A stretch of DNA of 64,000 bases, taken from Lama glama (Eukaryota). A program made the position numbers and the translations under genes. Under the pieces are notes generated by a model, which did not search any database, was not told the DNA's origin, and worked only from the letters and a program-made list of their open reading frames with translations. The stretch lies in contig CM052816.1 in assembly GCA_028534125.1 (NCBI GenBank), positions 50,656,001 to 50,720,000 of the forward strand, written 5' to 3'. Each line of letters starts with the position of its first letter. The stretch's first letter is position 1. Positions 12,730 through 25,475 of this stretch are shown here, one piece after another.

Positions 12730-14641
12730 TGAAAAACAAGCACACGGAACATGGAAAACCCTGCAACAAAAAAGACAAAGATCAAAATGAACAATTAGAA
12801 AAACATGATCTTAGAGGAGATAGGGCTAATTCAGAATTCAGGGAAAAAAAACCTTCTAATTAATATTAGAGAAATCAGAGAAGATACTGCATCCATAAAA
12901 CAAAAACAGGATGCAATTAAGAAAGAAAAATTGGAGAACAAAATTGCTCTAGATACTTAAAATATGTGTTCTGAAACTAGAAAAATAGAAAAGAAAAAAG
13001 TGGAAGGGTTAGAAGAGGTTGTAAAGTAAACCTTCTAGAATAAAAATTAAAAAGTTAAAAAGACAGAAAATATGAGAGAAAATATTTAAGATATATATTC
13101 ACATATATAATTATTCAAAAGCTCCACATCCTGCTCATAGAAATTTTAGAAAAATAACAGAAGAAGATAGAAGAGAGGAAACAGAAACAGATTTTCTAGA
13201 ATGGAAGACAAAAGTCTCCAGGCTAAACAAGTCCAAGGATGCCCTAATGCCTCAAGTATTACAGCCTACTGTAATTGCCATAGAATTTTAGAATACCATG
13301 GAGAAAGATTATCCTAGTAGTTTCCAAGGAGAAGAAATAGCACACCAACAAAATTACAAGGGTGAGCTTGGCATTGGTTATCCAGTCAACCACTGTGAAT
13401 GCTAGAAGGTAATGGAGCAATGCCTTCAAAGCTCTGAGTAGAAATTATTTTCAGCTTAGAATCCTGAAAGCAGTCAAACCAACTGTCCAAAGAACACATT
13501 TAAGAAACCTTCAAAATTGTGGTATCCTGAAAGATAGCTTCTGCCACTATTTCTTAGGACGTTACTTGAGGATATGCTATAGCAAAATGAGACAGTAAAC
13601 CAAGAAAGAGAAAGTGTGAGATGAGGCCAACAGATGATCCAGGCCAGGAGAGGACTGTGTGGTGATCCATCCTAGGGAGAAATCAGAACAACTTGGAGCA
13701 GGATAATGGAAGGTTTGAGAAAAGGTATCAAAGGGAAAAAGAGATCTAATACTGCTCTTGAGATACTAAAACAACACAGGAGACAGAAAGGCAAGCAAAG
13801 TAAAGGAAAAAAAGCACTTAGGAATTCCAAGGAAACAAACCAGTTAAGATACTAAGTATAATCATAGCAAACCACTTAGCATTGCCATGGATTCTATTTG
13901 CATTCTTATTAGAATGCAGATTGTGGTTAATGACTTTCCACTTTAATAGACAACATAAAGAGATAGCATTGTACCATTGTTAAAAGCACCATTTCTAAAA
14001 TTCTAATTGGCTATATGAATCTAGAAATTTACTTGATTTCTATATTTCTCAAGTTCCTTTTTGTGAGGTAGAGATAATAATAGTTATCTATTTTACAGTC
14101 TAGTGAAGCTTAAATGAGTAAATTTACATGAAGCACTTGTAACAGTGCTTAACACATAGAAAGTCAATAGGTGTTAGCTCATCCATAACAAACTACATAT
14201 AAAGAAATATTTCTTGACACAGAACAAAAATAAAACGTTATTAAATTTGACAAATATAAATGTTTAAGTACACATGGCCAAATATGGAAAGACTAGTAGT
14301 GAAGCAGAGTCGAGAATACTGTTTATAGTTGATGGAAACAAAAAATAAACAACAAAGGCAACTAAAAGAAAAATAAAATTTAGCAATATAATTGTGAAAG
14401 TGGATGAAATCATCACGCATCACAGCAGGAAGCTAATAATAGATTATGACTAAAATTAACCAATCAAAAGCTAACATGTAAGCTGATAATATAGAGATAT
14501 AGGAAGAAACAAAAGAATAACCAAAAATAAATTAAAATGTTTCTATTGAGAAATCAAGAAAGGTAAATATTGTTACCTTTACAATATCTTATACTTTTAT
14601 TTGTCAATTAAAACTGAAAACTCAATAAAACTTAAAAAAAA
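12730..14641 (+). mobile_element. HAL1 (ORF1-only L1 relative) remnant, interrupted by a MIR; 5' UTR may extend to about 11820
   Basis: At about 13392-13480 translates TVNARR*WSNAFKALSRNYFQLRIL, matching the L1 ORF1 motif ARRxW...FQPRI; gaagatactgcatccataaaacaaaaacaggatgc is HAL1-like; no ORF2 follows; ends ctcaataaaacttaaaaaaaa. Confidence 0.7.
13960..14182 (+). mobile_element. MIR nested in HAL1
   Basis: gtgaagcttaaatgagtaaatttacatgaagcacttgtaacagtgcttaacacatagaaagtcaataggtgttagct is the MIR 3' half. Confidence 0.8.
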
Positions 14642-15849
14642 GGTAAGCGCAGGGGGTTTAGAATGAGTGGTGAGAGCATAAGATTTTTAACAAGAAGTAA
14701 AATTAACACTGTGATATCTAGAATTCTTGGTAGGAATTTCAAAAAACTCTGCGCGTATGGGAAATACGGAAATCATAGGAAAAGAATGCCAATTTCTGGA
14801 CAAAATTTGATCAGTTTAAAATAACCTAGTAATTGGCCAGAAAAGACAGATAGTGTGCAGATAATGTGTAGTTTTATTGATGAGGTCAAGGAGACATCAC
14901 AGTACATCTGAAAAACAAGTGAGCCTCAATGTCAGACACTCCTCTATTGCCCACACCCCTCGAAATCATCAAGCATAGTTTGAGGAGGTGTTTGATACTG
15001 ACTTCAAGCTCTTTGAGTGTAGCTTTTGCCGTCTAGTCAGCTCTTCTGGTCTCTTTCTTTCCTGGCTGCTCTATGACTATTTTTGCATCATTAGGTTTCC
15101 TTTCCTGGGTTGCCAAAGAATGAACATATTTGTAGTCAGTTCTGGAAACCTAATCTTTATCCTGAATATCTGCTCAAAAGCCAGTAGAGATGAATCATGT
15201 GGACAGTCTTGTTTTATTAAGAAAATGTATAATACATACTTAAAACAGCAAGGCCTGCTTTGGTGAATTTCATCAATTCTTCTTAATCTGGACCTCACAG
15301 AACACACATTTTTTCGGCTGTTTGATTTCTTTTATTCGTTGGTCAGTGTCTAAGACTTTAAAATTGGTAATCTTATTTGGTTGTTCGCCTAGGCTAGAGG
15401 TTTCAGTGATGAAATATTTCTATCTGCCAAAGCTGACTGGCATTTTCCAGAATGGAAACTGGAAGAGAAGCTACTCTGGCAGCTTTCGTTGGGTGCTTAG
15501 GAACCACAGTCTTTACACATGTATATATACACGTGTCTCTCTTCTACATGGTATAGAAAGGTTCATATGAAATTTCTAGCTTTAATGAAAGGTAAGAATA
15601 TAAAATGATATGAAGTACTTTTGTAAGCAATCTCATCAGTGGCTTAAGGCTCCATTTTCATAATGTTACAGTACCACTGGGTCGCCCACTTTCCTTTTCT
15701 TTTCTTTCCATCATGAATGATTTAGTTGTTCTTCATACTTAGAAGAAACAAATGAGTTCAAAAGAAGAATCTAAAGGAGAATGGTAGGACCTGTTTTCTC
15801 CTGATGACTGTCCACTGCTAGCTTCAAGGCTGGTGGTTCTTATGCTAGG

Positions 15850-16510
15850 GATGCAGTTCCTATGGGGTCAGAAACAGAAAACTCAGGTTGAAGAAAAGAG
15901 TCACAGAGACTACCACTAGCACCTTCAGAACAGAAGAAGAGCAAGGAGAGCAATGTGGCTGAAGTCCAGCAGAGGAGAGAGTCCCAGGTGGTGAGGTCAG
16001 AGAGGTAAATGAGATGGTGAGGTAAGGGGGCCTGGCAGCTTTGAAAGACTTTGAAGGACTTTTCCTTTGGGAGAAATGGGAGAATACTGAAAAGTTTTAA
16101 GGAGAGGAACATGAGGTTTTTAAAGGATCAGTTGGCCTACTCTTTTGAGAGTACACTATATGGAGTAAGAGTAAGGCTACTATAATAAGTAAGTCATAGA
16201 TGCTGGTTGCTGGACCAGGAGGGTGGTGATGAAGAAAATGAGAAGTGATTGATGGGATTCTGGGTCTATTTTATAGAATCAATAGGACATGCTGATCATT
16301 TGAATGTTCAGATACAAGAGAGGACTCAGGAGTGACTCCAAGGTCATGGCCTGAGCAACTGGAAGGATGCCACTGCCATTACTGAGATGGACATGTACAT
16401 CTTCAGGTAGAGCAGGTTGATGGAGGGAGATCAGGAGTTCAGTGTAAGAAATATCAAATTTAAGAACTCTGTTGCAAAATACAAATGGGAGGTTGATATG
16501 AATAACCAAG
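15850..16510 (-). mobile_element. L2 fragment
   Basis: gtgactccaaggtcatggcctgagcaactggaaggatgccactgccattactgagatgg is diagnostic antisense L2. Confidence 0.85.
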
Positions 16511-17619
16511 AAATCAACTTCTAACTTTTATATTTATTTTCCAAATTGAGTTCACACAGACTAATATCACAAAATAAGTTTATGCCTTGATGATAATCTT
16601 GGATCTTGCATATAAAAATGGCATGGCAGATCCACTTTTTGTTGTTTTTATGGAATGAGAATTATGAACATTTCTAAAAAGACCCACAAAGTAAATTATA
16701 ACAGCAAAGCTTGAAGATAAAATCTTTTACCCTTGCTCCCCAAACTGACACCAATGAGCCCCAAAAGCCTAAGGGCCCTTTACTATCAGATCATCCATTG
16801 TTAGAATAAAGCATGTCATGTCAAAATTCATCAGGCCTTTTCACAAAGCATATTTTACACTTGACTTGCCCCTAAGCATTGAGATATTTATTTCTCCCTG
16901 AAGCCACCTATAAAGTTAGACTGGATAATTCTTAGGAGTTTGATTTTACTCAGGTGTGCTGACAAGCACAAACAATAAATCCTTGGGAAATTTCCAGATT
17001 GCAGTTGTCCTTTGTCTGTGCAAGTTAAATGAACCACACATAAAGACTGGCAGAATTTAAACTTATTCATCTTTTTCTTTATTGAAAAATCTGTAGCCAG
17101 TTCATGTGATTCAGAGATCTTATTAGCTCTCTGATCCACGGCAAATCCACAGGGGAGAGGTAAGTATACTGGGAGAGACCTTGAAGGACTTGAAGCTTGA
17201 GAATTTTCCATGGCAGCTGTCACATGTCCTCAGTCCCTGCAGCTGTTCCTCTCCCTCCCTCCTTGCAAATGACTGTATTTCCTAACTCATCTTCCCCTAA
17301 CTCTTGGTATCAAAACTCCAGACTGTCCAAACAACCGGGCTCTAGGAACAGTCCCTCTATTCCCACTTCTAAAACTAGCATATGCTGCCTTTTGCTTAAG
17401 TCCCATAGAACGTTTTGTCCTCTCTCCCTCCCAAAATTCTTCATAGATTTTCATGACTGGCATTTTCAAACAAAGTTTTATGTTAACTGACCCATGAAGC
17501 CACGGTTATCCCGTGCCATGTGGAATTCTATGATTCCCATGTTAGAAACTCTCCTCCCAGCAGAGTTCAATTGTTGTTGGCAAGAAGAGAGAGATGAAGG
17601 GATGGATTGGAAGATGTGT

Positions 17620-18340
17620 GTTCCAGGATAAAGGAAAAGCATGAGTGAGGAGACTTTTTGATGTGGCTGTAAAGGAAATAGTGCATAATTCCAGTTGTCC
17701 AATGCATAGAAAGTTTGAAGGCAAATAAATGGGAAAAATAGACAAGGGGTAGATTTGACAGGTCCTCAAATGTTCAGTCCCAGAGCTGAGAAGTGTAGGT
17801 AGTCATTGGAAACTCCTCAGCTGGAGAAGTAATATCTAACATGGAAAGAAACTAACATGAGACACTTAATAATTTACTGAGTTCTTTCCTATAGGTGATC
17901 TCAGTTAATAATGATTGGTTTTTCTTCATGAATTTTCCTCTGACACCAATATTTCATATGGATCAAACAGAGAAGAAACATTGGAAGCAAAAGGACCTGT
18001 TTAAGCCATTGCAATAATGTTTGGGATTTTAAGTCTGAGCGATGGGGTGGTGATAGCGGGACTGTAATTATCAAAAGTGGGGGATGAGGAGCAAGAAGGA
18101 CACTGAAGGCAGATGGTGGTGATTCATTTTTTTAAGACATACTGAGTCTGAAGCGGTAACCAGAAACGCAGACACATTTTATGTGCCATTAGATCTATGG
18201 GACTCCACTTAATACACAAAACTATAGATTTGGAAGTTACACACAAGGAACATTGTGTGTGATGATCAAAGGAAATCAAGTAAAAAGAGAAGTTCAAGGA
18301 CAGAATTTTGACAGCAGGAGGAAGAAGAGAAGCTGGAGAA
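17620..18340 (-). mobile_element. Degenerate L2 fragment(s)
   Basis: Purine-rich antisense L2-like blocks, e.g. agacatactgagtctgaag and atagatttggaagttacac. Confidence 0.55.
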
Positions 18341-18359
18341 TTTTATGAGCTTTATGAAG

Positions 18360-18460
18360 ACTGGTCCTTGTCCTGACTGTTTAGCACTGTAGCTCAGCAC
18401 TTGGTACCATACCTGGTACCTAGTAGGTTTCATTAAGTGTCTGTGGACTACATGGCTGAA
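18360..18460 (+). mobile_element. L2 3' tail
   Basis: cagcacttggtaccatacctggtacctagtaggtttcattaagtgtctgtgga. Confidence 0.6.
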
Positions 18461-19377
18461 GTAGCACCAAATTGCCCCCTGGTAGGCAGTGTTCCTCTGC
18501 CCATCAAGACAGAGCCTCTCTGCAAGTATCCATTCAAAGATGGATGAGATGGATGCTGGGGAAAGGAAAGTAAGAAGCATGTGCAGAGACAACTGCTTCA
18601 TTCAATTTTCAATAGAGCATTTTGCCTTAAAGCCATTTAAACAAGACCAAAAGGGGAAGGGGAAGAAAATCTTGCTAGTAAGGCCAATTTTCAAAGCCAG
18701 GGTGGCTTTGGTTTCTTTTTGTATGTTTTTAATGAGTAATCATTTGTTAAATTTATCCATTGACTGTCAAAAATTCCATCCTTTCTATTAATTTACAACC
18801 AGAGAAAATTCCTGGGAGATTTCTGAAGTTTTCCTTTGTCCAATATTTGGAAGAGCCACGGACTGCACAGTGCTTACATAACCTTTAAAGTCAGAAAAAA
18901 TAAAAAGGAACTCCAATGGCAGTTTTATGAGACTTCTGCAGAGTGGGTTTCAGGATGAAGCTTTGATTCTGTGATTGAAATCACAGTATTTTCAGCACTG
19001 GCTATGTGGAAAACTTGTTTTACTTTCGGGCATATCACACACAATAGAAAGAGTCTGAATGTGTTTCCTCTAAGTCACTTCAAACTTCTTTGGGGGTTCA
19101 GAATCAACCAATTAACCAACAAATTCATGAAGTAAAACGTTGAATTTAATCGGATAACATCTCACAATACCAAAAAAACTTAATTACCATTAAGTATATA
19201 CAAATAAGCCTAGTTTTTCCATATGCTTAAAAGGGGAAAAATCTAATCTTGGGAGTGGATGTGGGGCAGTGACCAATAAGCATATGTCAGCTCACTCACT
19301 CACATACAGATGAGGAATATCCTTGTACCCACACAGCTAGGCCACATGTCTCTAACGGGTATACATTATTTCCTGTC

Positions 19378-19945
19378 TGTGGATATCAAGCACCCTTGCT
19401 CCCCCTCTTTTGGGGGACTTGTTCCTCTTCCTCCCTCTCCTCCCCAATCCAACCAGTGGTTCCCATGAAAATCACCAAATTCTTACAAGGCAGTACTGTT
19501 GATTAGTCTTTTGATTAATCCAGGGGTGGGCACCTCCCCAGCTGAGTCATTCAAAGCTCTTCCCTGAGCAATTTTAACCACCAAGAAGAGTCTCAGTCCC
19601 TCTCTGCTACACAGGAGGCACAAAATGGGAAATGAAAAGACATCAGTGGTTTCCTGACCCATGGAGAACGTAAGACTTCAGTGAAAGAGAAGGAAGGTGA
19701 CTCCCTGAGAAGAGCTGAGGTGAGTTATGGAGAGGGAAAGGGTGGGGGGGGGGAGAGAGAGAGAGAGAGAGAGAATGAGAATGAGAGAGACCTTGCAAAA
19801 TCCAGGTCAAGATTCCTGTTGACTCAAAACCCAGATGCATTTGTATCTTTCCTGTTTTTTCATTAGTTTCCATGAACAATAACCCCCTCTTTCCTATTTT
19901 GGTTGTCTAGCTTATTTCAAATTGATTTTCTGTTAATTGCAACTT
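19378..19945 (+). mobile_element. Old ERVL/MaLR-type LTR (MLT1K/LTR16-like) with internal (GA)n
   Basis: gattaatccaggggtgggcac...tcattcaaagctcttccctgag and 3' end tttcaaattgattttctgttaattgcaac. Confidence 0.55.
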
Positions 19946-21989
19946 CCCCACAAAAAAGAAACAAACAAAAACCAGACCTTCCCTGTCCTCCAAAACAAAG
20001 TGAACAAAACCAAAAACTAATATAATTGACATTATATAGCTGTGCATGATTGAGTTAGGTTCAATAGTTATAACTGCACACAGACTTCTGGAGGGCAAGT
20101 TGACTGGCTCCCAAGAGTCCATGAGATTTAAGAGTACAGAAGTCATCAGGTCAGGGTGAGTTGAGAGCAATCTGGGAAGCTGACAGAGGCTGGCATTCAC
20201 CTGTCCAAGAGTACGTAGCAACACACCCATTTACAAGAAGAGAAGTGAACCACTCAGCTCCAGATTATTCTTTCAAAGTAGGTTTATATTTGGCTCATGA
20301 AAGGAATAAATGAACTAAAACTAATTTCCCCCCCAACTTTGAGTCAATCAGCCTTCTTAAGTTGCTTCCCAAGTTAAAAAGAGAATAGGATCTCTTCTGG
20401 GAGAGGTGAAGGGCCAGCGGATGAACTATCCTTGTGCGGAAAAGCTGTAGACATTACAAGTCCAATCCCCAGCCTGACCCAAGCTCTGCTCCTTTTATAA
20501 CTTGACTTGATAACTGTGCACCTCTCAGATGGAGAGGAATTCTCCCCAGTTATCAATCTCTGGAGAGTTCTTTGGGGGAATTTACATACTTTTTAATCTG
20601 CTTTACTGAAGAAAACAAATATATCCAAAAGACAAAACAAAACAGAATAAAAACCCTTCAAAATTCAAGTAAAAGCAAGAATGGAAATGGGGAAATTCTA
20701 GCTGCAAACCACCAAACCCGTAATTTTACACTTTACAAGCATCTAAATAAACAAAATCATGCAGTATAAACACTGCTGATAAAGGACTATCACAGTGTTG
20801 AATAGCCCTGGGGGAAATAAAAAGATGGCATAAATACTTTTTTTTTTTTCACAAAAGACACATTCTCTATAGTTTCAGAAAAATTATTATTTTTAAAGAA
20901 ACTAAGTGATGTCTAATTTCCCATTTAAAGTATCATATACAAGAACACGAATTTAGGGAGACAAAGATGTTTATGAATCAAGAGTGCCCGTAATTCCCAG
21001 TAAAGAGTTTAGTTTGAGTAACTTTCTAAAACTTTAAAGTAGGATATAGTCAGTAAATATAGTGTACACTTACTCAATATGATACAGAAAGCGAATTCTG
21101 CATCCAACACTAAACATGAGGGTGGAATTCCCTGCATAGTTCTCCTTTCATATATTCAGATTCATGATCATGTTTTCATTGTCAGATTATACAGTGATAA
21201 ATCTCAGTTCAGAAAAGGTGGTCAGTCAAAAGCGGTTGTATATTTTCCTGTTAAAAACTAGTGTACTCTGGCACCTTTAACATCAGGACTTGCAAGAGCA
21301 TCTCTGGAGGCTCAAACAAGAGACACTCTGGTAGAGTTCTCCTCAGAAGCTCATGGCTCTTGGCTGTTGTTACCCATCTTAGCAATTTTGCCACACCTGC
21401 ACGCAACGCACCTTATCTCTTTCTTTGTCACCGCTGCCTTTGCCACTACTTCCCCCACCCCTCAAACTCTTCTTTCTACTTTTAGACTACTACTTTCTTG
21501 TGGTTGCTTCTTTTCTCCTTGCTTTGCGTCTTTCAGCTCCTTCTCTCAATTCTAATTTTTATTTACTCTATATATCTCTTTTTCAGTTTTTCCAAGAGAT
21601 GGTTCTGGTAGTTGGTATTAACTTTCTAGGGAGGGCTCTTATGTTAGCTGCCTCACTGATTATTGGCCAACCTATAGAGTGTCTCTTCTTGAGTCTGAAA
21701 CTCACTCTTGGTCTGATTAGCGGTGCCTAGGGTGTCAGGGTCCTGCAGTCAATTTTCTTGAGGTATTTGTGGCATGAGGACCAGTTGGAGTGATGTAAGC
21801 TCATGCTGCATCGATTCCTTCACCCCAGCTGCTATGGAATTTGTGTAAGGAACACAGAACTTTTCAGAGCATCTGAAGACTTAGAAATGAAAGATGAGAA
21901 GAAATTTAAAAAGTTCAAGTAGCTGGGGACAGGCAAGACATATATGTATGATCATTCCAAAATTTAAAAAGAAAAAAAAAACCCAACTT

Positions 21990-22215
21990 GATCCTCCATG
22001 CTTTCCAACTACTGCTCTGTATTCTCTCCACAGTCTTGTAAGAATCACCTGCACTCGTGTGTCTGTTCTCCTACCTCTCATTTATTCTTTAACTTATCCA
22101 GTAAGCCTTCCACTCCCACCCACTATTCAACTACAGGTATTCTTGCTAAGGTCACTAGTGACCTGCATTCTGCCACATGCAATGTACACTGCAAGTTCTC
22201 CTATTACATGATCAC
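21990..22215 (+). mobile_element. L2 internal fragment
   Basis: ttcttgctaaggtcactagtgacctgcattctgccacatgcaatg resembles the L2 RT-region ETALxKVTNDL coding sequence. Confidence 0.7.
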
Positions 22216-22789
22216 TATTAAGAAAAATTATCCAAAATTTACAAATAGACAGAAGAGATGACTGGGTGTCTTTTCAGTTAAGTGCCAGGCATTGTCAAGC
22301 TCATCTGGTATTACATATTATATGTATTATATAACATATAATTCTACAGGGGTATGCACTTTGGCTAAGGTTTTATTGGTGAGACTGTTTGACAACTCAG
22401 TAGGGGTGGAGATTAACTTGTAGAAAAACCGGATAACAATGCAAGTCATTTTTGACTATGAGAAACACAAATGATTTCTGCTACTGCAATGAATTAAATT
22501 GGTTGAGAATAGATGCAATTGATTTTCATCAGGTAGAAAACAAACCCCCAAACATTACAGATTATTACCCTGTAGGATGCTAATCAGCTTTTTATTTATT
22601 AGGAAGTTAATTTTCATACATCTTGATTATTTAAATCTCTAGTCTTCAATTTCTCCTCTGAAACAGTCTTAATATCATATTGATTTTCTCCTCAGTTAAT
22701 GAGATGAACAAATTCTTTGACTTGTGTGAATTTTACATTTTTATGAAAGTCATAATTTAACTTTCTGAAAATCATATTTTATTTTTATT

Positions 22790-23150
22790 ACTCAGGAGCA
22801 TTGTACAGCACTGATCACTCTTTCTGTGTTGAAATGGTCTCTTAAATGACTTTTCACAACACCCCATTCTTCTAGTCTTTCTTCTACCTTCCTGGGTCAC
22901 TCTTCCTTGATCTTGTTTGCCACATTCATCCTTTCTTTTCAATATTTTTTCTTTTATAAATTCCATGTGTGTGTGTGTGCGCGTGCGTGCGTGTGATTTC
23001 ATGTACTCTCCTGCCTTCATCTGTGTCAAAACTCATCAATTTATATCTGTAGGTCAATCTTCTCTTTTTGTATATTCAAGTATCTAAATAACATGCCCAT
23101 TTAGGTGACTCACATCAACTCACATTTATTAATGCTCAATGTGAACATAC
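22790..23150 (+). mobile_element. L2 internal fragment containing a (TG)n(CG) tract at 22966-22995
   Basis: cactgatcactctttt...gacttttcacaacaccccattcttctagtctttcttctaccttcctgggtcactc. Confidence 0.6.
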
Positions 23151-23273
23151 TTAATAGCCCACAAGAATGTTTTGGTGAACACAGAAATAGAGCAAATACT
23201 TGAATAATCTTGAGGAAATGTTTTATTCTGGCTATTGGGGAAAAGAAGAAGAAATTTTTCATGGCAAAAAATT

Positions 23274-23391
23274 GGGGAAGGGTATAATTCAAGTGGTAGA
23301 GTGCATACTTAGTATGCATGAGGTCCTGGGTTCAATTCCCAGTACCTCCTCCAAGAATGAACAAATAATTACCTTCCCCCACCAAAAAAAA
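23274..23391 (+). mobile_element. tRNA-derived SINE, camelid vic-1-like
   Basis: GGGGAAGGGTATAATTCAAGTGGTAGAG (A box) ... GAGGTCCTGGGTTCAATTCCCAGTACCTCC (B box); A-rich tail; imperfect flanking repeats aaatttttcatggcaaaa and aaattttttatgccaaaa. Confidence 0.85.
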
Positions 23392-23999
23392 TTTTTTATG
23401 CCAAAATAGAGTACACAGTAGTAATGACTGGGATATTTTTGTCTGCCACATTCAGTGTCTTCTTCCTCTAGATGACGTTGAATAAATGTAAAAATTGCCT
23501 GCATCTTGGTCTGCCCATTTCTATAATCCAGGAAGGCCACCTCCCTTCTCTCTATTTAGACTGGGAGAATACAGCTGGTAAGATTCTAATTCTTCTTCAC
23601 ATCCTCATTTATATTAGAATATCCTTAAATCACTTTAAACACATATTTATAGACTATCTTTTAGTCTGGGTGACCTCTAAATTACTTAATCATATAACAA
23701 GGTATAGCTAATTACTCTCAAGTGGCTAATTACGCTGCAGCTTGGGGGATGCCTGAGGACTATCTTATTCCTAGATACATGAGGCACTAAGAAGTTTGTG
23801 GGAAAGAGCTCATTCCAAAGAAATGAGATACAGAGGAGCCAGCGAGCTGATACTGGAACGGAGGGATGATTCTGAACACAATTTATCACCTAGAGTATGC
23901 CTGGCCCAGCTCCTGTGGACTCATGACCAAGTTTTTGGATGATAAAATTTTAATGAAAGAGCAAATGAATGTTAAAAAGTTCTTTTTCCCCTTAGATCC

Positions 24000-24735
24000 C
24001 TCTGGGGCATTAAGAGTGCAAGGCATCAGGCTTACAGGCAATAGGAGCGGCACTGATGGTGGTGACATTATGGACAATGAAAGCAGCAACATGAGTGGAA
24101 GCAGAGTTGGCTGCAGCTGTGGTTGGATGTCACATCCCTGAGGTTGGGCATAATCACACTGGGTGCACATCTAGTGACATCCTTTTCTGCAGGCAGGAGC
24201 AGTTTCAGCCTGGAAGGCAGGGGCAGCAGTAGCAGCAGCTGCAAGGGTGTTTTTGGCGGGAGGCACAGCTGTTACTCTTGGCATCAGCTGCAGCCAGGGT
24301 CTTCGATCACGAGGAGTCGAGACAAAAGAGGGATAGAATTCAGACATGCCTTGGCAGTCGAGAGGCTTAGTTCTCTGAGCATATGGGAAAAACCCTCTGG
24401 GAAATGCAAGCTCTGTTGGTGAAAAAAGCAGTTCCTTCTGAGCACCAAATGATGGACTTTGACAAATACTATTTGGATGTTGATGTTGATGTCCCATCCC
24501 CAGGCTGGTGTGACTTGGGAAATATAGGTCACGTACCATCCTCACCAACAGCTACGCCCTCCTGGCTAGAGTCACTCACTGATGTATTTGAGTGATGAAG
24601 GCCAAGAAATCTTCGCTGCCAGCATATGCTACTTTGAGCTGCATTTTGTGGTGCTCTGTCACTTCAATGACCAATGTCAAGACCTGTATTTGTGGCAGGA
24701 CAAGTGTTGACCTCTTTAGTGAGTGTGAATAAAAA
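24000..24735. other. Unclassified GC-richer, stop-poor island; possible decayed retrocopy or retroelement internal segment
   Basis: CAG/TGG-rich tracts like decayed CGG repeats; one minus frame has 3 internal stops between 24719 and 23886; AATAAA at about 24728 on +; parent not recognised. Confidence 0.3.
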
Positions 24736-24754
24736 TCTCAAACTTTCCCATACT

Positions 24755-25240
24755 CATCAGGCCCTTCCACTGTGAAGGCCTGCCATATGCATGACGTCTT
24801 TCTAAGAAAAGCAGCTGCAGGGGGATTCCCTGGGCTGGAGACTCATGCTTTTTGCCAGGTGACCCTGCCCTGGTCACAGTTAACTGGGCCAGGGACTGAT
24901 GCATGATACAAAGGCAGGGCTACTACAAAAGCTTTTTAGTAAGGGTGGTGACAGGCTGAACTAATCAGATTCTCACTCTGGATGAATCTGAATGCCAGAT
25001 ATGCAGAGATTTGGCAGAGTACAGTGGCATGGGATGAGGGAGACAGAGAAAGAAGGCAGTAAGGAGATGCTCAGAAGCAAAGAGGATAAGAGTAAAGAGC
25101 TCTGGTCAGAAGTGGTGAAGTAGTCTCAGAAGATGTGAAAGCAGAGATAACTTGAGACCTACCAGGAAGACATATGAGAGTAGGAAGCATTATATTCTGA
25201 TGCCATTTGAGATCCGGTTCTAGTTCCTTGAGACCCAAAT
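24755..25240 (+). mobile_element. Old ERVL-type LTR (LTR16/LTR33-like)
   Basis: gaccctgccctggtcacagttaactgggccaggg...aatcagattctcactctggatgaatctgaat. Confidence 0.5.
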
Positions 25241-25247
25241 GGATAGC

Positions 25248-25475
25248 TGCTATTACCCAACATTAAAATAATTTATTAGTTGAATATAACTGCATAAAAC
25301 CAGGGTAAAGTCAAGAAAGAAATCAAAATATTGAGAGGCAGATCATTTAATATACAAATGAATTCTCAGAAAAAGCACACTTTGGTTTATTTGCTTTGCT
25401 TATGTAGCAAAATATTCATAGGTAGGACAGATAACTCACATTTAAAAATATGTCATATACACCAGTGTGAAACTT
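25248..25475 (+). repeat. Local diverged duplication, copy 1 (partner at 26833-27058)
   Basis: Core 25305-25373 matches 26890-26958 at 64/69 nt. Confidence 0.92.

Noticed and set aside
12210..12794. 194-aa minus-strand ORF
   Set aside because: Antisense to the HAL1-like 5' region; no recognisable domain
23274..23350. Functional tRNA-Ala gene
   Set aside because: Diverged arms, SINE tail, A tract and TSD show it is a SINE head
24520..24645. Faint resemblance to the TOB/BTG N-terminus (MQL.KVA...RRA.LFGE)
   Set aside because: Needs a frameshift and large indels, and the conserved BTG boxes are absent; probably coincidence
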